A stretch of 62,841 nucleotides of DNA, the filler included, from Choristocarpus tenellus KU-1152 (lineage: Eukaryota > Protista > Phaeophyceae): NCBI GenBank assembly GCA_964200185.2. It is 11 parts of 11 records of this genome, joined end to end, with 100 filler letters (N's around TTAATTAATTAA, not from the genome) between each part and the next. Parts side by side here need not be neighbours in the genome. Positions count along the whole stretch, not along the records: positions 20,587 to 29,615 come from CAXNAD020004066.1; positions 29,716 to 34,216 come from CAXNAD020014262.1; positions 34,317 to 42,098 come from CAXNAD020005584.1; 8 more parts are not named here. The stretch is one strand, 5' to 3'. The notes under the pieces are model-generated. The model ran no database searches. It was not told the DNA's origin and was given only the letters and a program-made list of their open reading frames with translations. Each line of letters opens with the position of its first letter. The first letter of the stretch is position 1. Positions 26,270-38,800 of the stretch are shown in pieces. The position numbers and the translations under genes are program-made.

Positions 26270-27504
26270 TCATTGTTTCTTACCGCCTCCGAAAAAGTTT
26301 GCAATCTTCCCCATAACGTCGGCGTTGGGATCAACGTAGTCGCTAACTTCGTCAACCTCAACGTACGACCCAAAGAAACCAGCTTGTGTGCCGATCGCTT
26401 TCCGGTTCAGCATCGTTTCTGCCATTTTCTTACACGTTATCGCCGTTTGCCCTGGGACACGTGCCGCTATTTTCTCCCAGTAAGGGCGGCCTACTCCAGA
26501 GGGCACCTCTTGACGTGCGCGTTTGAACGCTTCCATCTAGAAAGAGTTACAGGAACATTGACATAGGCGTTGAGTCAGTTGCACAATAGAGAAGGTGAAG
26601 ATACTTGATGAACATAAGTCAAGTGGAAGTGGACTAGTCATCTGAGGTATTTCTTGAGTCTGCAGGAATTGGTGCAGGAAGTAATCATAAGGTGGTACGG
26701 GGTGCATCAAACACTGTAGATATAGATAAGTATTCCAGATGCTCACAGCATGAACCAACCTGTTTCGGCGTAAATATCCCCACTTTGTTTTTCTTTTGCT
26801 CTTTCTCCATCTCCATCTTAGCGAGGTATCGCTTGCGTCTTTCCACCGCAGGCCCAGTCCAGGAAGTTGTAGTCGATATGGTGGTCTGTCGGATCGAATA
26901 AGGGTTACGAGAAACGAGGATCAACTCTAAAAGTAAATTTAACGACGACTTCGCTTCTTTAAATACTATGGAATGCGAGACAAAAGAAGGCCATATTGGG
27001 CCTCTGGGGGTACTCTTTTCCCTGTTTCAGTGTAACTCACTTCTACTAGAACGCACGGTTTTTAACGCGTGTTCCGACTATGTATTAGATCGGAGTATGT
27101 TGTGCTAGTCAACATACCTTTTTTCCCCCGACAACCTTGCCCCCTGCCATAGGGCGGCCATTCCCCACAGATATCTTTGTGTCGACCTTAGCTCCTGAAA
27201 CCGACTCCTCTTTTGGATTTCCCCAACCGAAGAGCATGGAAGGCCTGTTGCCATAGCATCTGGCTGATGTTTCAGATCGGCGGTGCCCTCCACCCAAACG
27301 GACAACAGTCGTAGAGAACCCTGAGAAGATAGAAACAACAGACGAACATGTGTAATGAGGCTTAATATTACCACAAAATATGGCAGTCGCAACTATAGTA
27401 GTAGTAGGCAACAGTGAATATGAGGATGTGATGACCGCTGTACCTGTTGTGACATCTGGTCCGAACACCAGCATGAAAGCTGCTACGACAACGCCAGTCT
27501 TCAT
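26270..27504 (-). CDS. Small SANT/Myb-like domain protein with predicted bipartite plastid-targeting presequence, 4 exons (27504-27444, 27320-27118, 26885-26760, 26536-26270)
   Basis: Phase-compatible GT-AG introns; hydrophobic MKTGVVVAAFMLVFG..TTG|FSTT then an Arg/Ser-rich stretch; FTPKQMEAFKRA...YWEKIAARVPGQTAITC fits a SANT/Myb repeat. Confidence 0.75.
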
Positions 27505-27879
27505 TATATCTATTGAAAGCTACAGAAATGGTCAAAGGGGTACTCTTGAATGAGATACATAAGTCGATCAGCGCACGCGAACCATCGCTGACTAAAGCAG
27601 AACAAGTCAGACGTAAGGTTAGTGTTCATTGTTCCTCTTTGTCAGTCGTTTGTGAGGTGGTACAAGAGTGAGGTGTTTTGATTGGACAGGAGTTGTAGAG
27701 GTGGAGGAAATATTCGCGCGTTCTTGTGAACCGCGAGACAACGTTTAGAACATAATACTTTCTACCTTACATATTATTCCCTTCTACAACAAATAGTCTG
27801 ATACAACAGAGAGAGGTGGTTGGTGTAGACGTGTCATGCGTTTTAACCTCAACCTGATAAGTGGTACCAGTAGGTTCGT

Positions 27880-29220
27880 CCTCTGTGGCAATGCATCGGG
27901 TTTTACCAGGAAAAAAGCCTCACCACCTTTCTTCCTGTTTGTTCTCGCACCCACTCTTTGACCTCGGTAAGGATGTCCTTGTCGAGGCCCAGAACGAAAC
28001 GCCTCTTTTAGCGCCCTTGCTCCGACACCTTGATGTGGCCCTTAGTTTGGAAGTATCTCTCCCATTTACTCACAGCTTCCGACCTGACCATCGCATATCC
28101 TGCTGACATCTCGAGCGCCGTTTGACGGTCTTTCCCGTCGTTCACACACAGGTATAGGATTCGCAGTGTTAGAGCCTTAACTATCACATTTCCTTGTTGA
28201 GCGCCGGAAATGGGGGTTGTCCGTGTTTCCTGGACGGGTGATTTTTCATTATCAAGACGCAAGGGCGAGGGAGGACAGGCTTGAGTTGATTGAAAATTGT
28301 ATTGATTTCTCGAATGAATGCAGGCTGGCAAAAATTATGCGTCCAACCCTAAGTCCAGGAACAAAAGTGAATGTATGGCATCTTGCAAGAAGTGGGAGAC
28401 ACCAAACCATCAGTGTGCAAATAGTCTCAACCTCATCTCCTCTTCTTCCCTGGCGTCCTTGTCGATGGATACCTCCACCTTCTTCGCGACCTCTTCTAAG
28501 TAGAGGATAGGTGATATCAAAAAGTCTCCACAGCTACCTTTGTTACGATCGCTTTCTCCTCCACCTTGCGAGCCCCTTCGACCTTCTTTCGGGCTTCAGA
28601 GCCCTTGTACCCCAAGATTAAACTTGTTTCTCGTTTCCTTAACCCACTCCGGCTTGCACATGTTCCAAAAAGCAGGGCCTGATGCAACGTCGACTACTAA
28701 GATATTCTACACCCGGGTTTTCGCTTAGACGTTTCCTGAGCGCAATGGCACGAGGTCACACTGCTCTCTTCCCCAACCTTCCCTTAGGCCGGCCACTCTG
28801 GTTTTCCCTTCGCCCGCCACGACCAGGCTTCCCTACAGACTTCGTCACCGTACCTCCTGGTGATGGACTCGCCGCTCTCTTCCTGTTTCCCGAGGTGGCA
28901 GAGACTGCAGAGCTGTTCTCCGACGTGGTTGAAGACCCAACCACGTTTGTGTGGTAATGCTTTCAATGCATCTTCTCTTAGCTTCAGTGTCGCGACCGCG
29001 TGGTCCATTTCGTGATTTGATCATGCTACTGCACCACACTACTTGCATTTTCTCGTCAACTAACACCACACTGAATTTCACACGGTACTTGCTTTTCCGG
29101 CCCCTCTCAAAAGAGAAGGTGCTGAGAGTACATCCAGAGGGCAGAGTGGCCTCAGCGGCTCTCCTTGTCTCACTATCGTGGTTCATGTTGTTGTGTAAGT
29201 CACAAGTGTGTGTGCTCACA
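27880..29220 (-). mobile_element. Decayed DNA-transposon-like ORF (N-terminal HTH region)
   Basis: Frameshifted fragments ending in AVSKWERYFQTKGHIKVSEQGR*K...DILTEVKEWVR, resembling the HTH region of IS630-Tc1-mariner-type transposases; no catalytic core seen. Confidence 0.35.
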
Positions 29221-29567
29221 GAGAGTCTGTTAAAGGCGTTAAAAAGATGCCTGGATAAAAAGATTTCCAGAAATCTTGGTGGGTTTTTCTGCTATTTTCG
29301 GTAGGATTGCACCAGCCAAACTTGGGCAGCGACCTAACCCAGACCAGATTTTACAAGGAGTTCAGCCAACCACTTCATTTTTGTACGTTTTGAAGTCGTG
29401 ACCTTCAAATTGTGCGGGAGATATTCCCCCGCGTTTTTCCCATTATATTATCGGGACATAGTTCCCGTTCACCGAAGTTTATACATTCCTGTATACAAAC
29501 CTTCAAAAGCTCTTGTCATATCCTTTTATTTGATACATATATTTATGTTATTATGCCCTCTAACATT

Positions 29568-29615
29568 GAGCCAAAGTATCCTAGAGGGTAGAGCCGCGTC
29601 CATTTGGGGGTCAAA
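29568..29615. mobile_element. MITE A terminus (contig end)
   Basis: GAGCCAAAGTATCCTAGAGGGTAGAGCCGCGTCCATTTGGGG. Confidence 0.8.
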
Positions 29616-29715
29616 NNNNNNNNNNNNNNNNNNNNNNNNNNNNNNNNNNNNNNNNNNNNTTAATTAATTAANNNNNNNNNNNNNNNNNNNNNNNNNNNNN
29701 NNNNNNNNNNNNNNN

Positions 29716-29942
29716 CCTGTTTGTCCATTTGGGGCTTGGATTCCCACGGGGTTTTTATGACATTTTTCCCACTCCGAAATATTTTGGAGTAGGTAATATA
29801 TATATATTATGAAAAGGTGTGTCTCCAACAAGGATCTTTCCACTTCCTTAACAAACACAACAGCCAAAATTATATCAAACTTTCAACATTGGATTTTGAC
29901 CGCCAAAAGGACGCGGCTCTACCCTCTAAGATACTTTGACTC
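29716..29942. mobile_element. MITE A near-complete (contig start, reverse orientation)
   Basis: Ends GCTCTACCCTCTAAGATACTTTGACTC. Confidence 0.85.
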
Positions 29943-31546
29943 TCTCTCATCTACCCTATGATAGCCCTGTTTGTTGGCTTCCGTGCTCACCGACACGGAC
30001 TCCCTCCCTTCAGGAAGTGAGACTTGGCTCTCACTTAGTTCTGCATGTCTTGAGAGATGCTAAGTTTTCTTTTTATGACTTGTACATTCTTGAGCTTAGA
30101 GATTGCAAATTTGGAAGTGAGATAGCATAGGGCTCTCCCTACCCTCTAATTCCAGATATCTAGAACAATACTACTTTCAAAAGTTCCAGATATTTCTGTC
30201 CTTCTCAACTATATCGAAACTGTTCCTAGAGATCTAGAAGCTTTCCTTCTAGATGTATTATTTCATCTGAAACTGCCAGAGACAATTCCTTGTATTCTGC
30301 CACATTCCACTGGACAAACTTTGCAACACTTGTATGGTGCAACAACTACCAACCCCAACTCACCATGCCATGTTGTTCCGTACTCCAAGAATTTGATAAC
30401 CTACCAGAACATATATTTTGATCCATGATTGACTGAAGCCTACGATATACAATAACCTCAGCTACGTCCAAGTCAGTTCCCCTTCAAATCTTTTTATTCA
30501 GACAACCCCTTCTTAGCATTCCTAAACTTAGCCTCCACACTACGATACAGTGTATTTCTTTTTCATCATCGCACTAATGTGCTGGTGAAAATGTTATGCA
30601 TCAAGCGCCTCTGCCATTACATCCGCAGTCTTCTTTTCTGTTCTGATATATTCTGCAATGACAATTATTGTCCTGGACAGCCCTACAAATGAAGTGATAC
30701 CTCATATCTATATGTTTGGTATGATGAATAATAAGAGGAGATTTTTATTGAGCTTAATTCCCCCCTAATTATCTCCATACACTTTGAAATTGTAGTCCCC
30801 TAGTTTTAGCAACTTAAGCTGTTGTACTTGTAGCAGGAACACATATCTTTGACCACTTTTGCCTATGCAATGCATTCCATCTCTGTAGTTGACACTGCTG
30901 TCACCCTTTGGGTTTATGAAAACCAGATGATCGCAGCACCACCTAGCAGAATAATGCCTCTAAAAACATAGTGTTTTTCGTCTGGCCATGTAGTGCAGTC
31001 GGCATTCGAAAATGCAGTAATTTCCTTCGTTGCCCTTGGTCTCCCACTTGTCAGACCTCTGTCCTTTGTCCTCAGCAAGTACTGAAGTATCTTCTCCACA
31101 GCATTCCAATATATTTGTCCTGGATTCTCACATGATCTTGCCTATCATTTCTGCAATATCCTATCAAGGGTCAAGTCATGATAGATGCCTACATCAGCCC
31201 CCCCACTGCTTCCCAGTAAGGTATTTTATGCATTGCTTGCTTCTGCATAACGGAGTCCAGGCAACATTTTGTGGATGATATTTGTTCCCTGTGTTGCTGG
31301 AACTATGCTGGTCTTGGTGGTGTCGAATCTTGTTGCGGTGGTTTGGCAGTAGATGTGCTGGTCCATTTTTTGTTCCTTCTTCTTATGGTCATGGTAGATG
31401 CGACAGTCAATCTAGAAGATCTCTTCCCCAAGATCCTTCCTTGATCATGAACGTTTTTTCCAGATTTCTCACCAACTGCTCCATTGCAGTAATGACCCTA
31501 CTGCCCATCAGGATGTCATCAAATTGTATGGTGGAGTAAAACCAAC

Positions 31547-31778
31547 TGAGAGATGAGCAGGGTTGCATTTTAAGGATCCCGAGAAAGGGCTTTAAGATGC
31601 CATCTCTGTGCCATTGCAAAAGAAGCCTTTACTCAATCGTGGTGTCACTTTGTGAGTGAAAAGGAAAAATCAATTTTGTGTACGCTATTGTGCACATAAA
31701 GCAATGGAATAGAGAGTATTACACAGGGTAAGAAAGGTTACTTGGAACGAGAAAGGATACAAACCTGTCTACCTCTCA
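31547..31778. mobile_element. MITE family C, copy 2, inside Copia RT
   Basis: Colinear with 8299-8528; (CAAC)TGAGAGATGAGCAGGGTTG ... CAAACCTGTCTACCTCTCA(GTTG). Confidence 0.8.
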
Positions 31779-32453
31779 GTTGACCTTGCTCATTTTTTTT
31801 GCCTGTTTCCCATCCATAGTCCTTAGCATACAAGATTCAACTTTTAAATGCTCAACCCTCAGCGTCATTGAGTCCGTGAGAATGCAATTCCAGTTCCCTG
31901 ATGCCTGGAATAAACCATATATGGAACAGTTTAGCTTGGGCACAGTCCCAGGAAACGTTTGGTACTGCTCCAATAACTCAATTAATATTTCTTCCTCCAC
32001 TGATGCTTGAATCAACGCTTGTTCCACATCCAGATGTCTTAGCTTCAGCTCCTCCACTGCTGTTGCTTGCTTCCAGCAACAGCCTGATGCTCGCACTGAT
32101 GGTGATGGTGTGAACTTCTCCATGTAGTCCAGTCTGGGGATTTGCTAGGGAAGCTTCGAGCCACAAATCGGCACTTGTAGCTTGAACTTCGCTATTCCCA
32201 TCCACATTTCTCTTAAATACTATTATTGGTCCAACCACCTTATGGTCAGTTGGGTGTGGAACCTATATATCCTAACATTTTCTGTTCCAGCCCCTCCATT
32301 TCAACTACATGCTCCTTCTCCCAATGTCTTGATGCTCTTAATAACAACAGAGTTCATGACAGATTTGTTGGTTCAGGTGATAGTTCACTTGCCAGTCCCT
32401 CTGGCATGACCAGAGCTTGTGCTATCATGTAACATGATTTGAACTTCGGCACT

Positions 32454-32895
32454 GAGTGAACGTATGACCCAAAGTATCTGGGAGGGGGGGGGGGTCTACA
32501 CCAGGGTGTCCATTTAGGTCAGAATCAGGAAAAGTGTATTTACAGTATCCATCCGACGTATACAACCAAATCACCCAAAAATCGCGACATTAAAAAATTG
32601 CCCCCAAATGGACAGCTGCCACCCCCTCCCAGATACTTTGAGGCTATCTTAGAGGGTACGAGTTTCTCCCTGTTTGTCCATTTGGGGCTTGTCTTTCCCA
32701 TGGGTTCTTTTAAGACATTTTCCTAATCCAAAATGTTTCGTAGTAGGGAAAGTGTATACGCTATGAAAAGGTGTGTCCGGAACATGGATATTGACACTTC
32801 CTAACTAACACTATAGCCAAAATTACATCAAAATTGAAACATTGGATTTTAGCCCCCGAATGGACACGACTCTACCCTCTAAGATAATTTGTCTC
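32454..32895. mobile_element. MITE A whose left TIR is interrupted by MITE B
   Basis: GAGTGAACGTAT [B] TATCTTAGAGGGTACG ... TACCCTCTAAGATAATTTGTCTC. Confidence 0.85.
32466..32644. mobile_element. MITE B, full copy nested in the MITE A TIR
   Basis: GACCCAAAGTATCTGGG ... CCCAGATACTTTGAGGC with TAT on both flanks. Confidence 0.85.
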
Positions 32896-34118
32896 CCCTA
32901 CGACAATATGTGGCATAATGCTAAGCTGTTGTTGTTGATGACAACATCCTTCACATCAGCTTCTTGATTAGCCAGTGCTTCCGCCATCTGCTTCTTGAGG
33001 AATCTGGCCTTGTTGGATAAGCCTGTCCAGTTGAAGGACCACTTACTTGCTCAGGTGTTCTGGACACTAGTTGTTGTAGCTGATCCCCTGGATCTTTGGG
33101 TGACTCTGGTTGCTTGTTGTGTGACCTTCTTTTCCCTCAGATTGGCTGCTGGTCACTGTACCAAACTGCCCCGTATTCAGTCGTGGATCGCTTGGTCTCA
33201 TCTGGTTGTTCCACCTATGGATGCCATGTCACATCCTGTCGTATCAATATCGCTCAAGTTGCCTGATTGAGCACTCCTATCACGCCTTTGGCCTGTTTGA
33301 TGGCCATCCAAGCATGAGGTATTTGTACCCATGTGGTGCAAGTGTGTGACTCTGCTGTGTGTCTCGAAAATAACCCACCGTACCAAATGACTAAATGCCA
33401 TATAGATTCGCCAAAAAACCATGCCACTTCCCAAATAGTGATGTGCCTCCTTCATTCGTGGTCGTATCACAAAAGGTGGTTACTGCATATGGAATGGTCA
33501 TTGCTTCCACCCATGGGCTTGGGTTAGTTCCTTCCTGCACACTTTCCGGCATATCCACTGTTTTCTCTTTCAGCAGACCTAGCGCCCTCTCCACCACCCT
33601 ATTGTATTGAGGTGTATCAGGCACTGTCCTTTTGAGTTTGGATAGACAGCTTCATTAGCAATATACTCAACTCTCCTTCAAAACTCACCTCCTTCATCAG
33701 TACGAATGGTACTATTGCTCCGTTTCATTGCTTTAACAACGCCAGCAATGAATTCCCTGCATGTGTCCACCTTGTCACTCTTGTTTTTCAGGAATCACAC
33801 ACACTTCATGCAAGAGTAGTTGTCAACGAAGATCATGATATCGTGCTTTCCACCTTAGCTTGCCACCCTCACAAGCCCTGTCAGATCCACAAAGGGTTGT
33901 CCCAGTCATTGTTTTGCTCTGTTGTCTGTTGTCTTGGGTACTGTATGTATGCTTTCGCTTTGGAGCACCCTTTGCAGGGTTTTCCAGCTCCCTGTAAATG
34001 TGATGTTGTACACCGTGAGTGTTGCTTACGTGAACTGTTCATGTGGGTGCCCTTGTATGCTGTGCCTTTCCATGATATCTCTCTATTTTGCAGACATCAC
34101 TGCAAGTGCCGTCCCTGA

Positions 34119-34216
34119 GGCTCAATCTGGGGGGGGGGGGGGCCTACACCGGGGTGTCAATTTGTGCCCTGCCCGGGAAAGGGCACTTACATCCTCCACC
34201 CAAACCCTGCAACCAA
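34119..34216. mobile_element. MITE B partial (contig end)
   Basis: GGCTCAATCTG(G)n CCTACACC... Confidence 0.7.
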
Positions 34217-34723
34217 NNNNNNNNNNNNNNNNNNNNNNNNNNNNNNNNNNNNNNNNNNNNTTAATTAATTAANNNNNNNNNNNNNNNNNNNNNNNNNNNN
34301 NNNNNNNNNNNNNNNNAGGTTGGCGGTCAAATCTGTATGCTAAGACATGCATTGTTTGTAACACACATGACTAGAGTGTTGTTTACAATCTACTATTCAT
34401 TCATTGTATACCTTGAAGGTAAGGATGATAATAGGATGGATTTTGTATGTAAAGAGTTCATTGTTGTTTTCTGGAATATGACAGGGTTGTGCTTATTATG
34501 CCAGCAAGATACAGATGAGTTATAGTAGTGTTGTGTGTGACTTGCTATGTATAGACAGACGTAGGTATGTAGAGCAGAGTGGATGTGGTGTTATATGTAA
34601 AACAATGAAGACTTTGTTCGATGACATGACTTGCCTTGGGATCTTGTACCTTGTAAATATGTGTATGGTTATGATGATCCCCCTGCTGACTCTTTGATTG
34701 TTGTGTGTGCCTCCTCCTAACAG

Positions 34724-34840
34724 GTTCCTGATGATCTACTTACCAAGGATTTGAATGGAAAATCAATTTTGATGAATGTCGTCAAGAACGGATTTTTTGA
34801 TGTGATTAGGTTGTTGCTGGATACAACGGGAGTATCTGAG
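34724..34840 (+). CDS. Ankyrin-repeat exon (117 nt, phase 0-0)
   Basis: cag|VPDDLLTKDLNGKSILMNVVKNGFFDVIRLLLDTTGVSE|gtgtgg fits the ankyrin pattern D..G.T.L..A...G...++.LLL. Confidence 0.8.
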
Positions 34841-35697
34841 GTGTGGACAGAATATTTGTTATTTGTGGCGATTTGTATTTTGATTGGTATTATTTTGATC
34901 TCTGGTTGGATTGAATTACAAGAGGTTGGCAGTCAAATCTCTATGTTAACACATGTATGTTGAAGTATTCCACACTGAACTCACGATTGTGTGCCTTGAT
35001 AGAGGACAATAAGTGGCTTGATGCAAATATACAATGTTAATGTTACAAGAGGCCTTTGGTTTCAATTCCACTGACTGAACTCATGGGGTGAGGCAGGTGT
35101 AGATTACTATTACTATTCCTATAGCATGGGGTTTGCAATCGTCCACACTAATTTACTATGAATCACTTATTTGTTTTTAGTATAGCAAGCGTATCTAGAA
35201 CATGACACAAATTGATGGACACTAGTGAGGCAATAAATATGGTATATCGATAACCAGCTCTCCATCGTATTATTTATTCCACTGGTGGTATCTATGGTGT
35301 ATCAACAGCACTATCCACGAACAATGGATTGGTTTCTAACAAACATGACTAGAGTGTTTTGTACAAGCCACTATGCATTGATTGTATACCTTGATGGTAA
35401 GGATGGTGATAGGATAGATTTTGTATGTAAAGACTTGATTGTTTTCTGCAGTGTGACAGAAATTGGGATTATTATGCAAGCAAGACACAGATGAGTTATG
35501 ATAGTGTTGTGTGACTTGCTATGTATAGACAAATATTGACATATTGAGCAGAGTGGATATGGTGTTGTTGTGAGCAAATCAAAGACCCTATTTGATGACA
35601 TGATTTGCCGTCGGATCTTGTGACTTGGAAATATGTGTATGATGATGATGATCCCCATGCTGACTTTTTGATTGTTGTGTGTGCCACCTCCTATCAG

Positions 35698-35814
35698 TTT
35701 TCTGAAGTAGTACTTAGGAAGGATGGCGATGGACAATCGGTTGTGATGCTTGCCGCTAAGAATGGAGATACAGCAATGATGAGATTGTTGCTGGATACAT
35801 TGGGAGAAGCTAAG
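35698..35814 (+). CDS. Ankyrin-repeat exon (117 nt, phase 0-0)
   Basis: cag|FSEVVLRKDGDGQSVVMLAAKNGDTAMMRLLLDTLGEAK|gtgtgg. Confidence 0.85.
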
Positions 35815-38800
35815 GTGTGGACAGAATATTTGTTATTTGTGGCGATTTTGTATTTTGATTGGTATTATTTTGATCTCTAGTTGGATTGAATTGCAAGAGG
35901 TTGGCAGTTAAAGGTCACTTACGAAATGTGTGTGTTTGGTGCGAAACTGTTTGATGGTGGATATTTCACTTTTAATGAAGCTCAGAGCTTCTTGTAGCTT
36001 CGGACGCCAACAGGTTTGATGTAGTGTTTAAATGATCTTTTGCTGTGATTTAGTTATTATGATTCGCATTGTGCAGCATATTTTTAATCTCTCTGTTGAA
36101 TACCGTGTTTGTTGATAAGGTTCGTGTTTTGGTAGTTTATATCTAAGATGAGTATTTAGTCCTCTTTCATCCCTATTTTTTGTTGGTCACATCTTTAGTT
36201 TATTGAGGAAAACAGTATCTCGCAAAGAAGTTGTCAACGTAAAAAATATTTCAGTATATTGATACAAAATAGTATCAAGATATTTAGAATATTTAAATTT
36301 GGTACTGACAATATTTCTACCTTCCAAGTCTGGCATTTCCAGGATAGCGACATGCATTTTGTGAGATGATTAAGTTTGAGGGGTTTTTTTGTGCATCCCA
36401 TGATTTTTATGTGACATGTAGTTGCTATTGGTTTTTGCATGTGCGATTGAAAGAAGAAAATATTTGTGCTACCACGTGATGTTGTTATCCTTTGAGTTGC
36501 AATGCTTGAGCACACTGCAACTGGCGTCTGGAAACAGGATTAAAGTAGTACAGTAATATTTTGTGGTGGGAACTTTGCACTATGAAGTGGACTGAAACGT
36601 TCATGCTGTTCGCACATTTGAGTAGTCAATTAAACACCATTGTGTCACCACAGCGTAACATTTGCTGCAATTTGAGCTGATAGCAGTCTATATCTTCAAA
36701 GGTTCACTGGTTCTTGTAAACATTTTTACAATTTGTTAATGTAGAACATGACCTCACTGCCACTTGGAGGTGGGTCCCCTGCAAGTATTGCAAGTATTAG
36801 TTCAATATGAAGAGTGCAAGCCAATGATGTACAACCACACTAATCTTCGACCAACCTACAGACAGTAACAAGCTGTTGTTCTGTTCCAAAGTCTAGACTG
36901 CCTCTACAAGGCCTCCAGAAGTTGAAGCTACGGGCTGGAATTTACGAAAAATTGAAGAAAGGTCATTTGTGTGTAATAATTGTAAGATGCTGATAAAATG
37001 TCGAAAAGAGCTATAATGCATTTGTTGACACGTGTTTGAAAGTGAACATCAGAGCAGTTGGATGTTACAATCAAAAAGCTTAGCAGGTCATGGATAGAAA
37101 CCCTAGGAATGAACATGATTGTGAAGATGTTGACTGCAGAGAGTTTTGGTGTAGTGTTCTTGATAGAAGCCAGAAAAGTACTTGTGCCTTGTGGAATGGG
37201 TAGGATGCTTTATCGTGGAGTTTTGTAATTTGTTTTACTCTGTGAACAAAAAGTGGAACTGACTTGTTCACATGCCAAAGCAAATTGTTCACACCGCAAG
37301 ACTATTGCAGACCTCATAGGTCATGATGGATTCAATCTGAGCCAAAGAGTTCAGGTATGGGCTACTCTTACCCTTGCCTACCCGTCCATTGGTGAGCTTT
37401 TCCCTTGTATACCATCTGTGACTACAACATGGAAATGTTGATATTCCAATATCTACATTTGATTGCTGATAAACAAGGAAAATGAAGCTCATGGACCCCT
37501 CTGTTTATCACCCATTCATAGACTTCTCCCATGGTGCTATGAAGATATAGAGCCCTAGCTGTGCAGGTGTACAAATTGTGTGATCTCTCCCTATACTGTT
37601 TTAGTTGTAGGTTGACATGTTTCAGAAATGGCCTTTGCTATATGCAATGGAGATTTCTTGTTGTTTCTCCCCTATGACAGCAGATATGAAGGAATAATCA
37701 CAGACAGTTGAAATATTACCCTGTGCCATAGACCCATTGCATACAGGCCTGATCCACCACCTTTCTTGCAAAACTAGGCATTCTCTCACTGTATTGCCTT
37801 TGTTGATGATGGCCCTGTACTTAATTTATGGTCACAATAGTCTGTTCCCGTTTCAACTGCGTTCAAGTATGCGCTCAGAAAACAACTAATGCTGTACCAA
37901 TCGGTTTTGGTGAATAATATACCTACTCAATCCATGTATAAATTGAAGAAAAGACTGCAGAACAAGTGTGTTGCTTTGTGTCCCTTTGGCCTCAGGGCTT
38001 GGAGATTTACGGTTGACTTGTAGCCCTGGTGTTGATGTTTTTTTATGGAGGTGTGGACTGGACATAATATTTCCTGCACCTTTATGGAGGATGAGCCATA
38101 TGCATTGGGGCTATACCACACACACACACACACACACATATAAGATGGAGGCCTGCCTAGCAGGCAAGGCCCAGCAATATACCGTTGCCGCTTTGTCAAG
38201 CTGACACCTGACATCCTTGATGCAAGGGGGGTGTAGTTATTGAGGCCGTAATAAAGGTAATCAATTCTGGTCTGAAGGTTGTAACAAGATACTCTTTTTT
38301 GGTTTGTGAGAGTATCTAACTAGATTCTATAGCATGTGGGGGTTTTTATTGAGGAAGTTGTGACTTTTTTGTGATGCCCAGTTGAAGGTCCGAGCTTCAG
38401 CTTTTGAATATGCTGAGTTTTTTTTTTTTCTGGAAAATATTTCTGGTGAAGATACAGCACCTTGTTGGGAATAAAAATCAGGCCTAAAATGGTTTATAAT
38501 GTGCAATAATAATATGTTGCCCTGGTGTTGAGGAGTGTAATTGCAAGAAAATGGAATTTCAAATTCTGGATATGAGTTACCCTAATAGGCATGGATCTTA
38601 CCATGATGAGATGGGCAAATGAGGTAGCCCCTCACAAGCGGGCAGCTATTGTTGACTATATTTTTGACTGAGCAAGTTCCTGGGTACAAATAATGTTCAA
38701 GTTTCGAATAACCCCAGCGGCATTGGAACTGTTGGTAAAGGTGGCATAAGAGCACCTGGATAATGGACTGGATATGGATACAGCCTTTTGTTTCAAGGGA

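Larger units (their letters stand above)
30550..34118 (-). mobile_element. Ty1/Copia pol pseudogene (integrase, RT, RNase H) with nested MITEs A, B and C
   Basis: PDTPQYNRVVERA (integrase), RHLDVEQALIQ..VEEEI...KLNCSIYGLFQASGNW and QFDDIL (RT), KILQYLLRTKDRGL...AFSNAD...GGAAIIWFS (RNase H), in Copia order. Confidence 0.9.
34317..35910 (+). repeat. Tandemly duplicated ~600-bp intron-exon-intron cassettes (about 34350-34960 and 35330-35910; the tail of a third unit at 34317-34350)
   Basis: Long colinear blocks (acatgactagagtgtt, gtataccttga.ggtaaggatg.taataggat, gtgtggacagaatatttgttatttgtggcg); the contig start matches the intron sequence that follows the first exon. Confidence 0.9.

Noticed and set aside
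29568-29942. One MITE A spanning the linker, implying true adjacency
   Set aside because: Both sides carry the same end of the element in opposite orientation, so they are different copies
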